A stretch of DNA of 26,623 nucleotides from Andalucia godoyi And28 (GCA_009859145.1 VRVR01000035.1:1-26623); one strand, 5' to 3'; shown: positions 9,201 to 19,133, numbered from the stretch's first letter. Program-made: numbers and translations. Notes: a model not told the origin generated them from the sequence alone.

Positions 9201-10285
9201 TGGCGCTTCATCAGGATGGGAATATCCGAAGGTCCAACACTCGCTAACTTTGCAGAATCCGCTTGGTCTGTGCTCGCAGCTGATCCGTTCGCGTCGAACT
9301 TCCCATCATCTTCATCTTCGCCTCTTTCATTGTTTCCTTGTTCTTTAGACTTTTCTTTCTCTTTCTCCCTCTTCTTTTCCTTTTCCTTTTCCTTTTCCTT
9401 CTCATCGTGCTGGTGCAGCCTGCCCGAAAGAGGCTGATCGGACCCGATCTTCTTCATTTCGGATTTCAACAGGAAAATGCGACGCTTCCTCTCCACGCCA
9501 TCCATTTCCGACCAGACTTGGTCTTCATGCAGAGGATCCTCCATTCCGTACAAGCTGTTCTGTCGTTTCTTCATGGAATTTTCCTGCTGCCGCTTCATTC
9601 GCAAGATGAGTATGATATTATTGACTGCAACTCGCCACCTTATCCTGGCACGCATCGACCTCGTTTCTGGATCGGTTCCAACCGGCAGTGGCCTGGAAAT
9701 CGCTCGGCCCGACTCGATGCCCGAACTCCCTGCAATCAAGTAACCAGAAAAAGTACCCCCGCGAGCCATATTCCGGGTGGCAGGCCGCGACGAAGACGTG
9801 GACTCCATTCCTTGGCGCATGGGTACATCGTCTGACTCTCCCTCTGCTTCCTCGTTTTTCCTCTTCATCTGGTCGCGGACTACCAGAAGAGATCTCGAGG
9901 TCTCGAATTTTTTCTTTTTTTCTGCAAACATTTCCGTTGCGTGCATCATGTCAGGCATCGTTCGCTGCTTCAGGAATCGAGAGCGAGACGACGGAGAGGA
10001 TGGTCCACTGGGGTGGTCCTCCACGTGTTTTTGCGCAGCTCTAGCGGACGACAAGATAATACTCACATGATCCGAACGAAAGGACGGCTCCTCTTCCACT
10101 TCCCATTCCTTGCCAATTGCTGCCTCTGTTTCTAGCTCTGTGCTTGCTTTGGCTTCACCGGATCCTGATGCGATGTCGCCATCTTTCCAACCTACGCTTC
10201 TGCGAGCGCGGCGGTCCTCCTCAGAAGAAGACGAAGAAGAAGACGAATGCGTCAATTCGCCGTGCTCGGGAGAAGGACTACTCAT
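6215..10285 (-). CDS. Large multi-pass membrane protein (1356 aa): disordered N-terminus, TPR-like repeat, Cys-rich loop, GT2 (cellulose/chitin synthase-like) fold with degenerate catalytic motifs
   Basis: Intact ORF, ATG at 10285. GT-A order: TVSVIVAT, IVVLHYG, HVMLVSDYLTVP (DxD position), SCLSFSLRS, GSVYWPSEQISLWLR, GEHRQLG (GED position), then several TM helices. The TPR-like segment is YPQIVPVMNMLAEFY...ASDLCAQSLDI. Confidence 0.8.
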   Translation of the reverse strand: MSSPSPEHGELTHSSSSSSSSEEDRRARRSVGWKDGDIASGSGEAKASTELETEAAIGKEWEVEEEPSFRSDHVSIILSSARAAQKHVEDHPSGPSSPSSRSRFLKQRTMPDMMHATEMFAEKKKKFETSRSLLVVRDQMKRKNEEAEGESDDVPMRQGMESTSSSRPATRNMARGGTFSGYLIAGSSGIESGRAISRPLPVGTDPETRSMRARIRWRVAVNNIILILRMKRQQENSMKKRQNSLYGMEDPLHEDQVWSEMDGVERKRRIFLLKSEMKKIGSDQPLSGRLHQHDEKEKEKEKEKKREKEKEKSKEQGNNERGEDEDDGKFDANGSAASTDQADSAKLASVGPSDIPILMKRQFPQWDSHYSSLYEYHYDASKKRIVPRISLDLILAVDWAQVRADLLKLHKSESHIKKVIEADVRGIVDGLISEMDRTIVTDELSTDTTAFMYLYAEYDTFTSDERHRPEDKLVKYPQIVPVMNMLAEFYASSNDFDIASDLCAQSLDIVCQYFALGTLYTAEADILRQWKLFRHFTARRRLSRAGQVEFLNQHVQMIQERLLEPALFSRAELPEEPVEITLSPRLRRRRPVYEGKLEKTPVSDENEAPAMVLGRNSKVMTRIDSEMALLRKNRFEKIGSIVFLLLLYFLAVFLIVYCFLNSSCSPPAQMFVLEAHSLEFNPSLFQNAILQPCERSCGLFSLGCTCDDSDLSCSAPDQPGSQCICKHPSCDRCNFCGVFRMIFRHYFSWILFSASSLNAILMFLSFMFVKYPDPPLQWDVEDDTDYYMFREELLQTVSVIVATEGANPEVLSTTLKHLLEMFRPNQIVVLHYGLPASAPFTREGRPDSRIYKMCHHVTNYYYSVNSDQQRAADGEVEYAWVGSSSRMLATHLCLISKCRSEHVMLVSDYLTVPRELFIPVNWFREDSNVSCLSFSLRSAHVRNPHCSLNLASVWEDTTQKLKNASNILQSRLGSVYWPSEQISLWLRNDLLSTLEEHNGGQIGEHRQLGMILHLRHLAKRIKEVGNVPIPVLQTSHLVCCPVQNKIARAQQPSLVLRTILGPLKCQSHGCKYKRPSFFAELVSETEAAYKYVFQALSILLFVWNRNVFILKFFILRDLLDIMLDFLRIPMLAIVFSSYAYTQEFLVNLAIMYCVQIFLLALIDVWLWRHRADLRMGWLLVVLYPILRFTQILLRQISVLYAIVYLIPRSGDGVQVKNVLRVPVIVDGRHVSLDSKQDPQIPEVDEVEYLRMQPRHIGLHGLLLDEQKSCWTLLNWDSQNEYWKEEEAVISNEFLSKKSVFSKDPESTLLSFALLAAFSVGAYFLATLTLDFYLLMTIIFAFYIAVALILRWTLQVW

Positions 10286-10320
10286 CTTTCTGCGAATGTA
10301 TCCGCATTACAACCTCGGTA

Positions 10321-10668
10321 CTCTCAAAAAAAATGGACGAAGAAGAAAAGAAAAAGGTAAATATGAACACCAGCAAGCAACAGCACACTACTGATTGTGA
10401 AGGAGTGCTGACTGCCCAGTGCGAGAAACAATCGAGTTTTTCTTCTGTTTATTTTATTATTTTATTTATTTTTTTGCTGGTTCGTTGTCTCCATCTGGGC
10501 GTCTGCAATCCTTGGTTCCTTGTGAGGTCGTGTGACCTTTCGTCCATCGACTCGAATCTGCCAGTCACCACCGGTTTTTCTGAGCTCAGCAATCCACTTC
10601 CAAAAGAGGCACCCGACCCCCAACCCCTCCCGCGCCTTTCCTAGGAAGGTGCTCGTACACACACTTAC
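10321..10668 (-). other. Possible 5' UTR intron of the GT2-like gene
   Basis: Perfect donor GG|GTAAGT at 10668 and a pyrimidine-rich acceptor (TTTTTTTTGAGAG|) ending at 10321, 35 nt before the ATG. No transcript evidence. Confidence 0.3.
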
Positions 10669-10949
10669 CCAACAGCGGACAGCTGGCCGATCCCTCAATG
10701 TCGGTCAACAGAGATCTTCACCGGCTGTAGTCCCCTGTGTTTTCCATCCTGTCTTATTCACAGAAGCTCGACTGATTTCCGATGGGAAATGACCTCTCAC
10801 AAAGCCACCCCAAAGTCCTCTTGTTTTCCGCACGTCCAAAGTCCAACTCTCTCATCTTCCCTCTGCTCTCTCCTCTATTCTCTGTTTTCATTTGCTCTTT
10901 TCCTCCATTTTTTGATCGTTAATCTTCGTTTTTTCTCAGTGTCTTTTTG

Positions 10950-11120
10950 GTGAGTGTACGTGTGTGCGCGTGTGTGTGTGTGTTTTGTTTTTGTTTTTTG
11001 CTTTTGTTTTGTTCTGAGATTCCTTATTGTCCGCGGTACCCGTCCATCCCACATCCACGCACTGCGCGTCTTCTCTTGACTTGTTTGTCTGCTGCGTTCA
11101 AGATCTTCGTTTCTGTCAAG
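10950..11120 (+). other. Probable 5' UTR intron of the 7TM-RGS gene
   Basis: Donor GTGAGT at 10950 followed by (GT)n, branch-like CTTGAC at 11075, and acceptor AG at 11102 or 11120, shortly before the ATG at 11148. Confidence 0.4.
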
Positions 11121-11147
11121 CGGTAGCAATACGAGCCGGTTGAAATC

Positions 11148-12629
11148 ATGACTTCGAATGACGATTCACAGCAGGTTCGTGTGCGCACGGAGATTGTGTT
11201 TGTGATTGGCATTATATACGGGTTTTGTTGCGGCGTTGTTCTTGGACTGTTTTACCGACGAAGAAAAATAGATCCTATTAAGGCTCGGTCTCCGATACTG
11301 CTGCTGATTGCGAATGGCGCATCGCTGATTCTTGTTACATATGCTGCAGTCCGTCAAAAATATCTGTACTCATTTGCGTGTCCTGATGTGTTCTGGTTGC
11401 TCTTCACTCTCTTTCCGGCAACCGTGTTCCCGTATTTCCTGCGCTGTGTGCGTCTGTATTTCCAGTATAATGGACAGATGCAAAAGACCCAATCGTCAAT
11501 CGCTCACAAATTTGCGTCAGAACGATTCAATGTCTACGTCATGATTATCGCGCTGGCCTTCGTTTCCGTGCCGCTAGCGATTGTTCAGGGAGTGCGGTAT
11601 GACCAGCTCTCGCCAGACCACCAGGATGCATGCCAGGACTTCGTCGGAGATTCGTTCTACGTCATCGCAGGCGCTCTGCTCATCTTCATGTTTTTGTTCA
11701 TTGCTGCCATCTATGTGCTGCGCAATGTCCGGGATGAGTACTCGATCAACTCGGAGCTTAAACTCGTCTGCTTCTTCACAGTCATGTGCCTTGTGCCGTT
11801 CTTCGTCATGTCTCTCACCATCGGATCATGGCCTGCCTCGCCGTATCCTCCGCTCTTCTTTGCGTTGCTGTCTTTCCTCTGCATGATCATTTCCGTTCTT
11901 TGGCCTCTTGTCCAATCGTATCGCTCAAAGTCTGCAAGTTCGGGAGGATTCATGTCTGGCACCGGTGCAGCAGCAACTGCCGCAATTGTTGGAGCCGGTG
12001 CTATGGGAAGACCTCGTCGTGGAACATCCTCCAAAGGACCACAAAGTGCCACTGGCACCAGTAGGCTTGCCGATGAAGATCCGCGATCTCCTCTGAATCC
12101 AGATGCTGTTCTCAACTTTTCACAATTCATCCAGATTGATGATGACCACAGAAAGACATTTGAGACGTATCTCGCCAGAACTTTCCAGCTGCCGCTACTC
12201 AACTTCTGGCTGGAGGTGCGCGAATTCAATCAAAATTTCTCTTTCTGGTCGAATACGGATCAGCGCAGCCACGTCGATCAAATTGTCGAAACGTACATTC
12301 AAGATGATTCTCGATGGGAACTGTCGCAAATTGACAACGATGCAAGAAAGAAGGTCATGCGAAAATTGCGTTTTATGGATGCAGGGCACTCGTCGAGCGA
12401 GGCATCGACATATTCGTCACTCTCCTCCTATGGCACGTCGCCGTACGAGGATGGCGCCCTGAGTGCCTCTCAGAACTCCTCCCATGTGTTTGCGCACTTG
12501 TTTGACGAGCTGGAGAAGCTTGTTTATCAGAAGTTGGAGGGCGAAATCTGGGAGACATTCTTGTCTTCCAACACGTTACAGAAATGGAAGCGAGAGCAAT
12601 CCGCGCGCGATCGACAACGACGATTGTAG
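11148..12629 (+). CDS. 7TM-RGS protein (GPCR-like seven-TM domain fused to an RGS domain), 493 aa
   Basis: Seven hydrophobic segments with IKARSPILL and LRNVRDEYSINSELK loop motifs typical of 7TM-RGS proteins. The RGS box reads FETYL...LNFWLEVREF, IVETYIQDDSRWEL, and FDELEKLVYQKLEGEIWETFLSS. Confidence 0.88.
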   Translation: MTSNDDSQQVRVRTEIVFVIGIIYGFCCGVVLGLFYRRRKIDPIKARSPILLLIANGASLILVTYAAVRQKYLYSFACPDVFWLLFTLFPATVFPYFLRCVRLYFQYNGQMQKTQSSIAHKFASERFNVYVMIIALAFVSVPLAIVQGVRYDQLSPDHQDACQDFVGDSFYVIAGALLIFMFLFIAAIYVLRNVRDEYSINSELKLVCFFTVMCLVPFFVMSLTIGSWPASPYPPLFFALLSFLCMIISVLWPLVQSYRSKSASSGGFMSGTGAAATAAIVGAGAMGRPRRGTSSKGPQSATGTSRLADEDPRSPLNPDAVLNFSQFIQIDDDHRKTFETYLARTFQLPLLNFWLEVREFNQNFSFWSNTDQRSHVDQIVETYIQDDSRWELSQIDNDARKKVMRKLRFMDAGHSSSEASTYSSLSSYGTSPYEDGALSASQNSSHVFAHLFDELEKLVYQKLEGEIWETFLSSNTLQKWKREQSARDRQRRL

Positions 12630-12735
12630 CCATCGGTTTTTTTAATTAATTAATTAACGTCCTCCTTCTCCCCTGTTCGTTGCTTTTTCTGCTTCTAGTC
12701 GTTCTTTATCATCTGTAAGGTTTACGTGATCCCGC

Positions 12736-12850
12736 CTCTCTCCTCTCTCCTCTCTCCTCTCCCCATTCTTCTCTTCTCTCTGCACAAAATGTCTTCTTCT
12801 TCTTCTTCTTCTTCTCCTTCTTCTCCTTGTCCTTCTTCTTTTCTTTCCTT
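12736..12850. repeat. (CT)/(TTC)n polypyrimidine microsatellite between convergent genes
   Basis: Direct sequence. Confidence 0.85.
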
Positions 12851-12931
12851 TTCTGTCCAACTTTGGCGGGAGACATCTGCGGAGAATTGGAATTTCTTGT
12901 TGATTTAGACATCCTCGCGCTTGAATATGTG

Positions 12932-14929
12932 TTACTCGTTGTAAACAATTTGAATACAAGGGAATTCTCGGCTTACCCAGGATGCCCATGGCTCCGAAGC
13001 GCTGTCGTTGCCCGGCACATCGGTGTCATACGGCAGTGAAGATTCCATGCAATCGAGATGTGGGCACGACGCGCAAATGTTCCAAATCGACGATTTGGAT
13101 AATGGAGACTCCAGAACACTGAGGAACTCCAAGTTTGGCAACATCCAGTGGCCCGAGTTCATGCCATCCTCTATCCGAGGACACTTCGACGCACGTAGCC
13201 ACTGAATGTTAGGGCACGTCGCCGAAAGCTGATGAAAAACAAGACCGGTCACCTCAGTTCCAGACAGCGATAACCGCGTCAGAAGCGGGCTTTTGGACAA
13301 GAACCATCGCAGGTCGCAATCTCTCAGGAGCGCAAGGCCGTCCAAGTGCAAGATTTCAAACTGAAAACATTGCAGGGGTTGCGAGAAGCACGCTGCATTC
13401 CACACATCTGCCGCACCATCGCAGTCCGAACTGACATCTAAAGAGTCGGTCGGCAACGGCCCTAACGTAGCCGATTGGCCACAGGAAAACGAAGACAGGT
13501 TTGGAAAGGTTCTTAAGAACTGGCAAACGCGCATGGAAGATATTCGCGCCCCGCGGATCCAAAACGTGGTCAACCGGCCAGGGCGGAGGCAATATCCGCT
13601 GTTGTGTGTGTTGCACAACGACAGCAATGAATCGTCAGACAGCGGCGGTGATCGGTATGCACTTCCTTTTCCCATCACCAGCTTCTCTAGATTCGGACAA
13701 CACCTTGCAATCAGCTCGGTAACGTCATCCGTGCAATCACAATGGTCAATGTCCACGACACGCAAGAAAAGAGCAGACTGTCGAATCATACACGAAATGC
13801 CGGCGTCTGTCACAAAGCCGCATCCAAACACCGTAAGCACTTGCAGTCGACGCACAAAAGGGGACAAGGAAATGAGCGCGCTGTCATTCAGAAGTGTTGC
13901 TGAAAAGTCGATCGCTTGCAATCTCGGGAACTGGAGATAATCCACAACTCCGGGCATGTCAAACTTGTCAAACTCGTTGGAGCCCGTGAACTCCATCGTC
14001 TCGAGAGAGGAGGGACCAAATGCCCCAAGAATCGCCGACATTCCGAACGAGGAGACTCTCGGGCAGTTCAGAACTCGAACGCTTTTCAAGGCCGTGATCG
14101 TCCGTGTTCGCACCGATTGGGGCAATCCCGCCAACGAAGCCACTCCTCGATCGGTAATTCGCCCACAAGACCCTGGAGCATTCACACCGACTGCAACTTT
14201 CTCCAGTGCCGGGCATGATGACGCAATCGCCCGCAGCGAAGCATCCGTCACGTTAAACGATCCCACAAAATCAATGTTCTGCAGAGCTGGGCTTGCAGCG
14301 ACCATCTGGATGACCACCGCATCCGTCAGATTCGCTCCACAGTTCGTGATGTGCAACGTTGTCAGCTTCAAAGAGGTGAAGTTTGCAACACATTCTCTCC
14401 GAAATTCAAAGTCAAATCCGTCACGCTCGTCCTCTTCTTCCGCGAGACAAGCATCGGCCGTGAGCATGGACAGGTTGCAACAGCTGTGTAGCAAGCACTT
14501 CAGTACTGAGAGCGAAACGCAAGCTCCGCTCCGAAAGTGCACAACAGTCAGCGATTCGCCGCACGATTGCTCGAGAAACCGAACCAAGACATCACTGGAT
14601 ACTCTGCAGAAAAACGAAGCACTTTCCATCTCTGCCAACGCAGCAGACCTTCTTATCTGTTTGCATTTTGGAAGCGTCCAGTCCACCGAGAACGAAGTCA
14701 CATTTCTTGCAAAAAGCGACAATTGGCGCAAGTAGGAATTGCAATCACCCTTGTTGAGGTCGGTGGTGTAGTCGATTTCCGTGTGCGAGAACAACAACCG
14801 AGAGCCAACGCACACTGCAAGAAACAGTCGGTTGATGCGAACCAGCGACTGAACCACCACGAATCGCGGAATGAACAACAAGACGCGCTCCAGTGCATTC
14901 ACCGGCAAACTCGAAAAGTCCACCTCCAT
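12932..14929 (-). CDS. F-box / Cys-containing LRR protein (FBXL-like, 665 aa)
   Basis: F-box-like start FSSLPVNALERVLLFIP...LVRINRLF, followed by repeated LxxLxLxxCxxVTDxG/L units. The ORF-track start is TTG; the first ATG is 14929. Confidence 0.88.
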   Translation of the reverse strand: MEVDFSSLPVNALERVLLFIPRFVVVQSLVRINRLFLAVCVGSRLLFSHTEIDYTTDLNKGDCNSYLRQLSLFARNVTSFSVDWTLPKCKQIRRSAALAEMESASFFCRVSSDVLVRFLEQSCGESLTVVHFRSGACVSLSVLKCLLHSCCNLSMLTADACLAEEEDERDGFDFEFRRECVANFTSLKLTTLHITNCGANLTDAVVIQMVAASPALQNIDFVGSFNVTDASLRAIASSCPALEKVAVGVNAPGSCGRITDRGVASLAGLPQSVRTRTITALKSVRVLNCPRVSSFGMSAILGAFGPSSLETMEFTGSNEFDKFDMPGVVDYLQFPRLQAIDFSATLLNDSALISLSPFVRRLQVLTVFGCGFVTDAGISCMIRQSALFLRVVDIDHCDCTDDVTELIARCCPNLEKLVMGKGSAYRSPPLSDDSLLSLCNTHNSGYCLRPGRLTTFWIRGARISSMRVCQFLRTFPNLSSFSCGQSATLGPLPTDSLDVSSDCDGAADVWNAACFSQPLQCFQFEILHLDGLALLRDCDLRWFLSKSPLLTRLSLSGTEVTGLVFHQLSATCPNIQWLRASKCPRIEDGMNSGHWMLPNLEFLSVLESPLSKSSIWNICASCPHLDCMESSLPYDTDVPGNDSASEPWASWVSREFPCIQIVYNE

Positions 14930-15639
14930 CCATCCAATCAACAAGAAAACCAATAATAAAAACTGCAATAACAAACCTTGTAAGGCTGTCGGCTCGGTTC
15001 AATAGCTCGAAAAGAAGTGAAACATGCAAACGAAGAAGAAGCAGGAAGCAAGCAGGAGAAAAAGAAAGAGAGGGAGAGGGAGAGGGAGGGAGAGGGAGAG
15101 ATGGAAGAAAACACGTAGAAAAAGCCCGAAGTTGAAGAGCGGGATGATGAAGCAATCTAAAGCGCACGTAACAGAAACCACTGCCACCTTCCGACGCGGG
15201 GCCGCCGCCAGGAACGATCGCCAAGGCAACAACTGCGGGGCAGATGTTGACACGGGGCCACTATCAGTTCCAGCAGCGGCTGCTCTGCAAAAATTGTGCG
15301 AATTCGCGGGGCAGCAGGTGTCGGTTGTGACTTGTGACGGAGGAGTGCACGTCTAAAGCGTGCGGCTGCTGCGGGAGAAATCCATTGCACGCTGTATGGA
15401 AACAAGGTGTGCTTTGTTGCCCATCATGATATGCATGTTGTTGGGTTGCAACATTGATTATGCGTGATCAGCGATGATTCTCCGTGGTTAGTGTACAAAG
15501 CAGGCGAGAGATGGGATACACAAAGAACATGTATGATCTGTCATCCGTGACAAACCTGTCGCCATTGTGGAGAGAGGGCCTGGATTAACAAGAAATGAGC
15601 AAACTGGACGGCAAGAATGGGTGCAGCTTGTAAACATGT

Positions 15640-16728
15640 TTATTGGAGAGGATGATCGGTGGTGATGGACAGCTGGTCATCCGCAATGACGGCAAACCCA
15701 AGCGACTGGATTGTGGCCACGGACCATTTCCACAGACCAAGGGCTACATCCGGGCGCTGTGCATCGGAATGGACGGGCGCAACACGGCAGTCTGCGTAGT
15801 ATCCACCACTGACGATACTTGATTTGGGCTGTGTGATGCAGTGAACGGTCGTTGCGGCGCCCTGCTTCGGAGTCTTCATCAGCAACAGGCGAGAGGTAGC
15901 CGACATGATGGTCCCCATTATCCCCATATGACGCATAAGCTCCGTATTGACGACCCCCGGATGGACGGCAACAACGGTAATGTTGCTGCTGTTGCTGCTG
16001 TTGCCACCGCTTGATTTTAGTCGATTCGCGAGCTCGGTGGTGAACAGAACGTTGGCAAGTTTCGAGCGACCATAGGCAGTCCATTTGCTGTACCGGGATG
16101 CATCGGACATCTCGTTCCAAAAGGCGGCTGGGCTGGTGCCAGACTTCTCTGACGGGCACTGCGCGAGACGGTGCCCTTCCGACGATATGTTGACAATGCG
16201 GGCGTCCGGCGAGGCTTGCAGCATCGGCAGCAGACAAAGAGTAAGAAGAAAGTGCCCGAGATGGTTGGTTGCGATCTGGAGTTCCAGATGGTTTGCTGAA
16301 AGAAGCCGAGTTGGCGGGGCCATCAGCCCAGCATTGTTCACAAGGATGTCCAAGCGAGGAAATCCAAGGGCGCGGAAGTTGGTGCAAAAATTCTCGACGG
16401 CGTCAAGCGACGACAGGTCCAGCGACAGCACAGACACGCTTCCGGGTCGATATTCCAAAGATGACTTCGACGGGGCGATGTCTGCTTCAATACGAGACTT
16501 TGCAGCATCGGCCTTTACCACATCTCGGCATGCAAGCACTACTCTTGCGCCATGCATCGCAAGAGTGCGAGCTGTTTCATACCCAATTCCAGTATTTGAA
16601 CCAGTCACAATCGCATACTTTCCGCTCAGATCCGCATTCCCGGCAGCTTCATCCGCCGTTCGACGCGCTCCAGAGCCAAACGACACCGTGTATGGTGCGA
16701 TCTTGGCCATCGCGATAATGGTTTCCAT
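15640..16728 (-). CDS. Short-chain dehydrogenase/reductase (retinol dehydrogenase / WWOX / Tic32-like)
   Basis: AIVTGSNTGIG (TGxxxGxG), LDILVNNAG, NHLGHFLLT, catalytic YGRSK (YxxxK) and VHPGVVNT. First ATG is 16728. Confidence 0.95.
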   Translation of the reverse strand: METIIAMAKIAPYTVSFGSGARRTADEAAGNADLSGKYAIVTGSNTGIGYETARTLAMHGARVVLACRDVVKADAAKSRIEADIAPSKSSLEYRPGSVSVLSLDLSSLDAVENFCTNFRALGFPRLDILVNNAGLMAPPTRLLSANHLELQIATNHLGHFLLTLCLLPMLQASPDARIVNISSEGHRLAQCPSEKSGTSPAAFWNEMSDASRYSKWTAYGRSKLANVLFTTELANRLKSSGGNSSNSSNITVVAVHPGVVNTELMRHMGIMGTIMSATSRLLLMKTPKQGAATTVHCITQPKSSIVSGGYYADCRVAPVHSDAQRPDVALGLWKWSVATIQSLGFAVIADDQLSITTDHPLQ

Positions 16729-17483
16729 TCTCCAAGTCAACTTTTCTTTCCCTTTCTTTCTCTTTGCACTCCCGCCGTGCTCTGACTTTCAATCAGGAAA
16801 TCCACAACGAACTATATGCCGGCGGACAGTCCAACAGCCAAAACAAGAACAGAAACAAAAAGAAGAAAGAAAGGGGGGAAACGCTCCGCCTTGAAGCTGG
16901 TCGGCAATCGGCGATCAGGGCGCGCCCATTTCAATAAAAGCAACAACAACAAAAATCCGGAAAAACGCTCATGAAATGCCTGGCAAACATGCAGATTTCG
17001 TCTTCTTGACCACCCCGGAGCATGCGCAACCCAATCGACAGAAGAAGAACGATGGCGTGGAGGGAATGGAAGAAATCTTCCCTTTCCTTTTCGTATTTCA
17101 TCGATGCTTCGTCCATTGGCTCGTGGCTCCTGCAGACGTGAACGTTTCCTGCCTACACAGACGAAGGATCCCCGAGCTCCGCGTCCGTGCGTATTGATAC
17201 GAACGGTCTTCATTCGTTGATGAAGCAGATGAAGAAGCACAGAACAACAAAAACAAGTGACGATTGACGCCCACGGTTCCATCTGCTGGCGAGTCTGGCA
17301 AAAAGAAAAAGAAAAACAAAACCGACAAGAATGGGTGGGTGGTATGATAATTTGATGATATCCCAGCTCGCCCAGACGACAGATGCAGGGAGGAAATGCA
17401 GCACCACACGACTTTCCACAGCTTGCACAGCACAGTGTGCCGCGGACTGGGCTCGCTCGGGGGGGAACGATGCAAGATAAGAA

Positions 17484-19133
17484 TTAGGAAAATTGCTGGA
17501 GAATCTCGACGAGCTTGTCCCGGTGGCTCTCTGGGATCAATGCGTCGAAATCGAGTCCGTTTGCAGAGTTGCTCCCGAATTGGTAGAATGCCGCTGCGAA
17601 CCTCTCGAACGCATTGGAGTTCATTGCAACCGTCGAGGCCCGCTGCACAAACTCTGCAACGTCGTCACTTTGAGTTCCCCTTTCACACACCTGAGCAAGA
17701 TGGGAGAGAATGAAACACAGAATAGGAACAGAGGACGGCACGGCGAGAACATCCGCAAGAAGATCAGTACGTTCTTCGGCACTAAGAACATCCGACGATG
17801 CAAAAGGGAGCTTCAGCAGTGGGAAATCAGACTCCAAAACATTCTTTTCGCAGACTTCTCGTTGCGCATGGACATAGGAAGAGAGCGCGGAAAGCAAGTC
17901 TTGCGAGGCTAGGGAAGCCGCAAAGGAGGCTTTGGACGGCGGATCACCGCTCGGAAACTGCAGTTTGGACTCGATCGCTTGCGCGTATACGATCCGTTTC
18001 GCTGGACTTGCCACACTCGTGACTTTGCGAATGACTGTGCGGAGATGCGAGGGAGCCGCAGACACGGCACGCACAATGAATAGACAGCCTACTGCGGGGT
18101 CAAGGCAATCGAGAAGGCTGGAAAGATGGTCGCTCTGCACGACGACTTCCCATTCCGCGAAGCCGGCGGAGGAGAAAACCGAAGCGGCACACGACGGAAA
18201 CTGGGAAAGACTCGACAAAAAGGACTCGGAATATGTTGGCGTCCCAAGTAGGTATCTCTGTGCGTAGTGGATCAAAAGATTTTCCACGGCATCGACTGCA
18301 AGATGAGGCGCAAGAGACGACAGAACAGTTGATGGCTGCACAGCGAGGGAGCAGACGCCGTCAAGATTGCGAAATAGCAGACCAATGAGGAACCGGACCT
18401 GCGGTTCAAAGGACACGGTGGCCAAGTGACGAATGATGTACTGAATAAACGACGAATCTTGCTTCGAAAGAGAGCCGAAGACTGCGTAAAACAAGTTCCA
18501 GGCCTTGTTGTCTGACAATGGCAACATGCATCCACTCAACTTTGCGACCAGTGTGGATGCATTCACAGGCAAGACTGCTTCGCGCAGTGCATCTGCCATC
18601 AAATCAAGAATGCACAGTACCGACTCCCTGTACCCCGCCAGCCTGGAATCTGCCCATTTTGGAAAGCACGTGCCAAGAACAGCGACGAATCCCCCGAAAA
18701 ACTCGTCGATTTGCGGCGACAGACGATTCAGAACGGGGTTGGGCAGCTCGAGAAATGCCAAGCATGCCTTCTGAAGTTCTCCGCATTGGTTGAGCAGCAC
18801 AAGCAGCTGCGGAGCATCAGGGGTCTCGAGACGCCCTAGAACACTCGACACGAGCTGGAACGACGGAACTGCGATGCTCGTAAGTAGCATTGCCAAATCA
18901 TCCACTCGGTTTTGCTCCACCAAGTAGAACGGAAGTCTGCACGACAAGCTCACGCATTCCTTCTTCAAAAGAAGAGATCGTGTCTTCGTGAACAAGGAAA
19001 CAAGAAGCGGCACGTGGACAAGAGACGCGTCTTGGATGCCTCGGAGCTGCAAGACTATCGAATCAAGCTGTTGTTTGGATGACACATCGCACAGATAGCT
19101 GTTTGCAAGCGACTGAAACGATGTATCATTCAT
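17484..19133 (-). CDS. Hypothetical Leu-rich, probably alpha-helical solenoid protein (549 aa)
   Basis: Long intact ORF, ATG to TAA, with amphipathic helical composition. No family recognised. Confidence 0.75.
   Translation of the reverse strand: MNDTSFQSLANSYLCDVSSKQQLDSIVLQLRGIQDASLVHVPLLVSLFTKTRSLLLKKECVSLSCRLPFYLVEQNRVDDLAMLLTSIAVPSFQLVSSVLGRLETPDAPQLLVLLNQCGELQKACLAFLELPNPVLNRLSPQIDEFFGGFVAVLGTCFPKWADSRLAGYRESVLCILDLMADALREAVLPVNASTLVAKLSGCMLPLSDNKAWNLFYAVFGSLSKQDSSFIQYIIRHLATVSFEPQVRFLIGLLFRNLDGVCSLAVQPSTVLSSLAPHLAVDAVENLLIHYAQRYLLGTPTYSESFLSSLSQFPSCAASVFSSAGFAEWEVVVQSDHLSSLLDCLDPAVGCLFIVRAVSAAPSHLRTVIRKVTSVASPAKRIVYAQAIESKLQFPSGDPPSKASFAASLASQDLLSALSSYVHAQREVCEKNVLESDFPLLKLPFASSDVLSAEERTDLLADVLAVPSSVPILCFILSHLAQVCERGTQSDDVAEFVQRASTVAMNSNAFERFAAAFYQFGSNSANGLDFDALIPESHRDKLVEILQQFS

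Noticed and set aside
15024-15356. Plus-strand ORF ending FAGQQVSVVTCDGGVHV, resembling the Sm1 motif of LSm8
   Set aside because: It stops before GTLxGFD, no frame continues the Sm fold, and the N-terminus is a translated microsatellite.
15470-15597. CMIC...TCRHCG zinc-finger-like text
   Set aside because: Interrupted by stops, with no supporting nuclease or gag motifs nearby.
16918-16927. Perfect 10-bp palindrome GGGCGCGCCC upstream of the SDR
   Set aside because: A single occurrence, compatible with chance.
16812-17475. Several 60-156 aa ORFs between the SDR and the 549-aa gene
   Set aside because: Overlapping frames run through T-rich and microsatellite tracts, with no recognisable motif.
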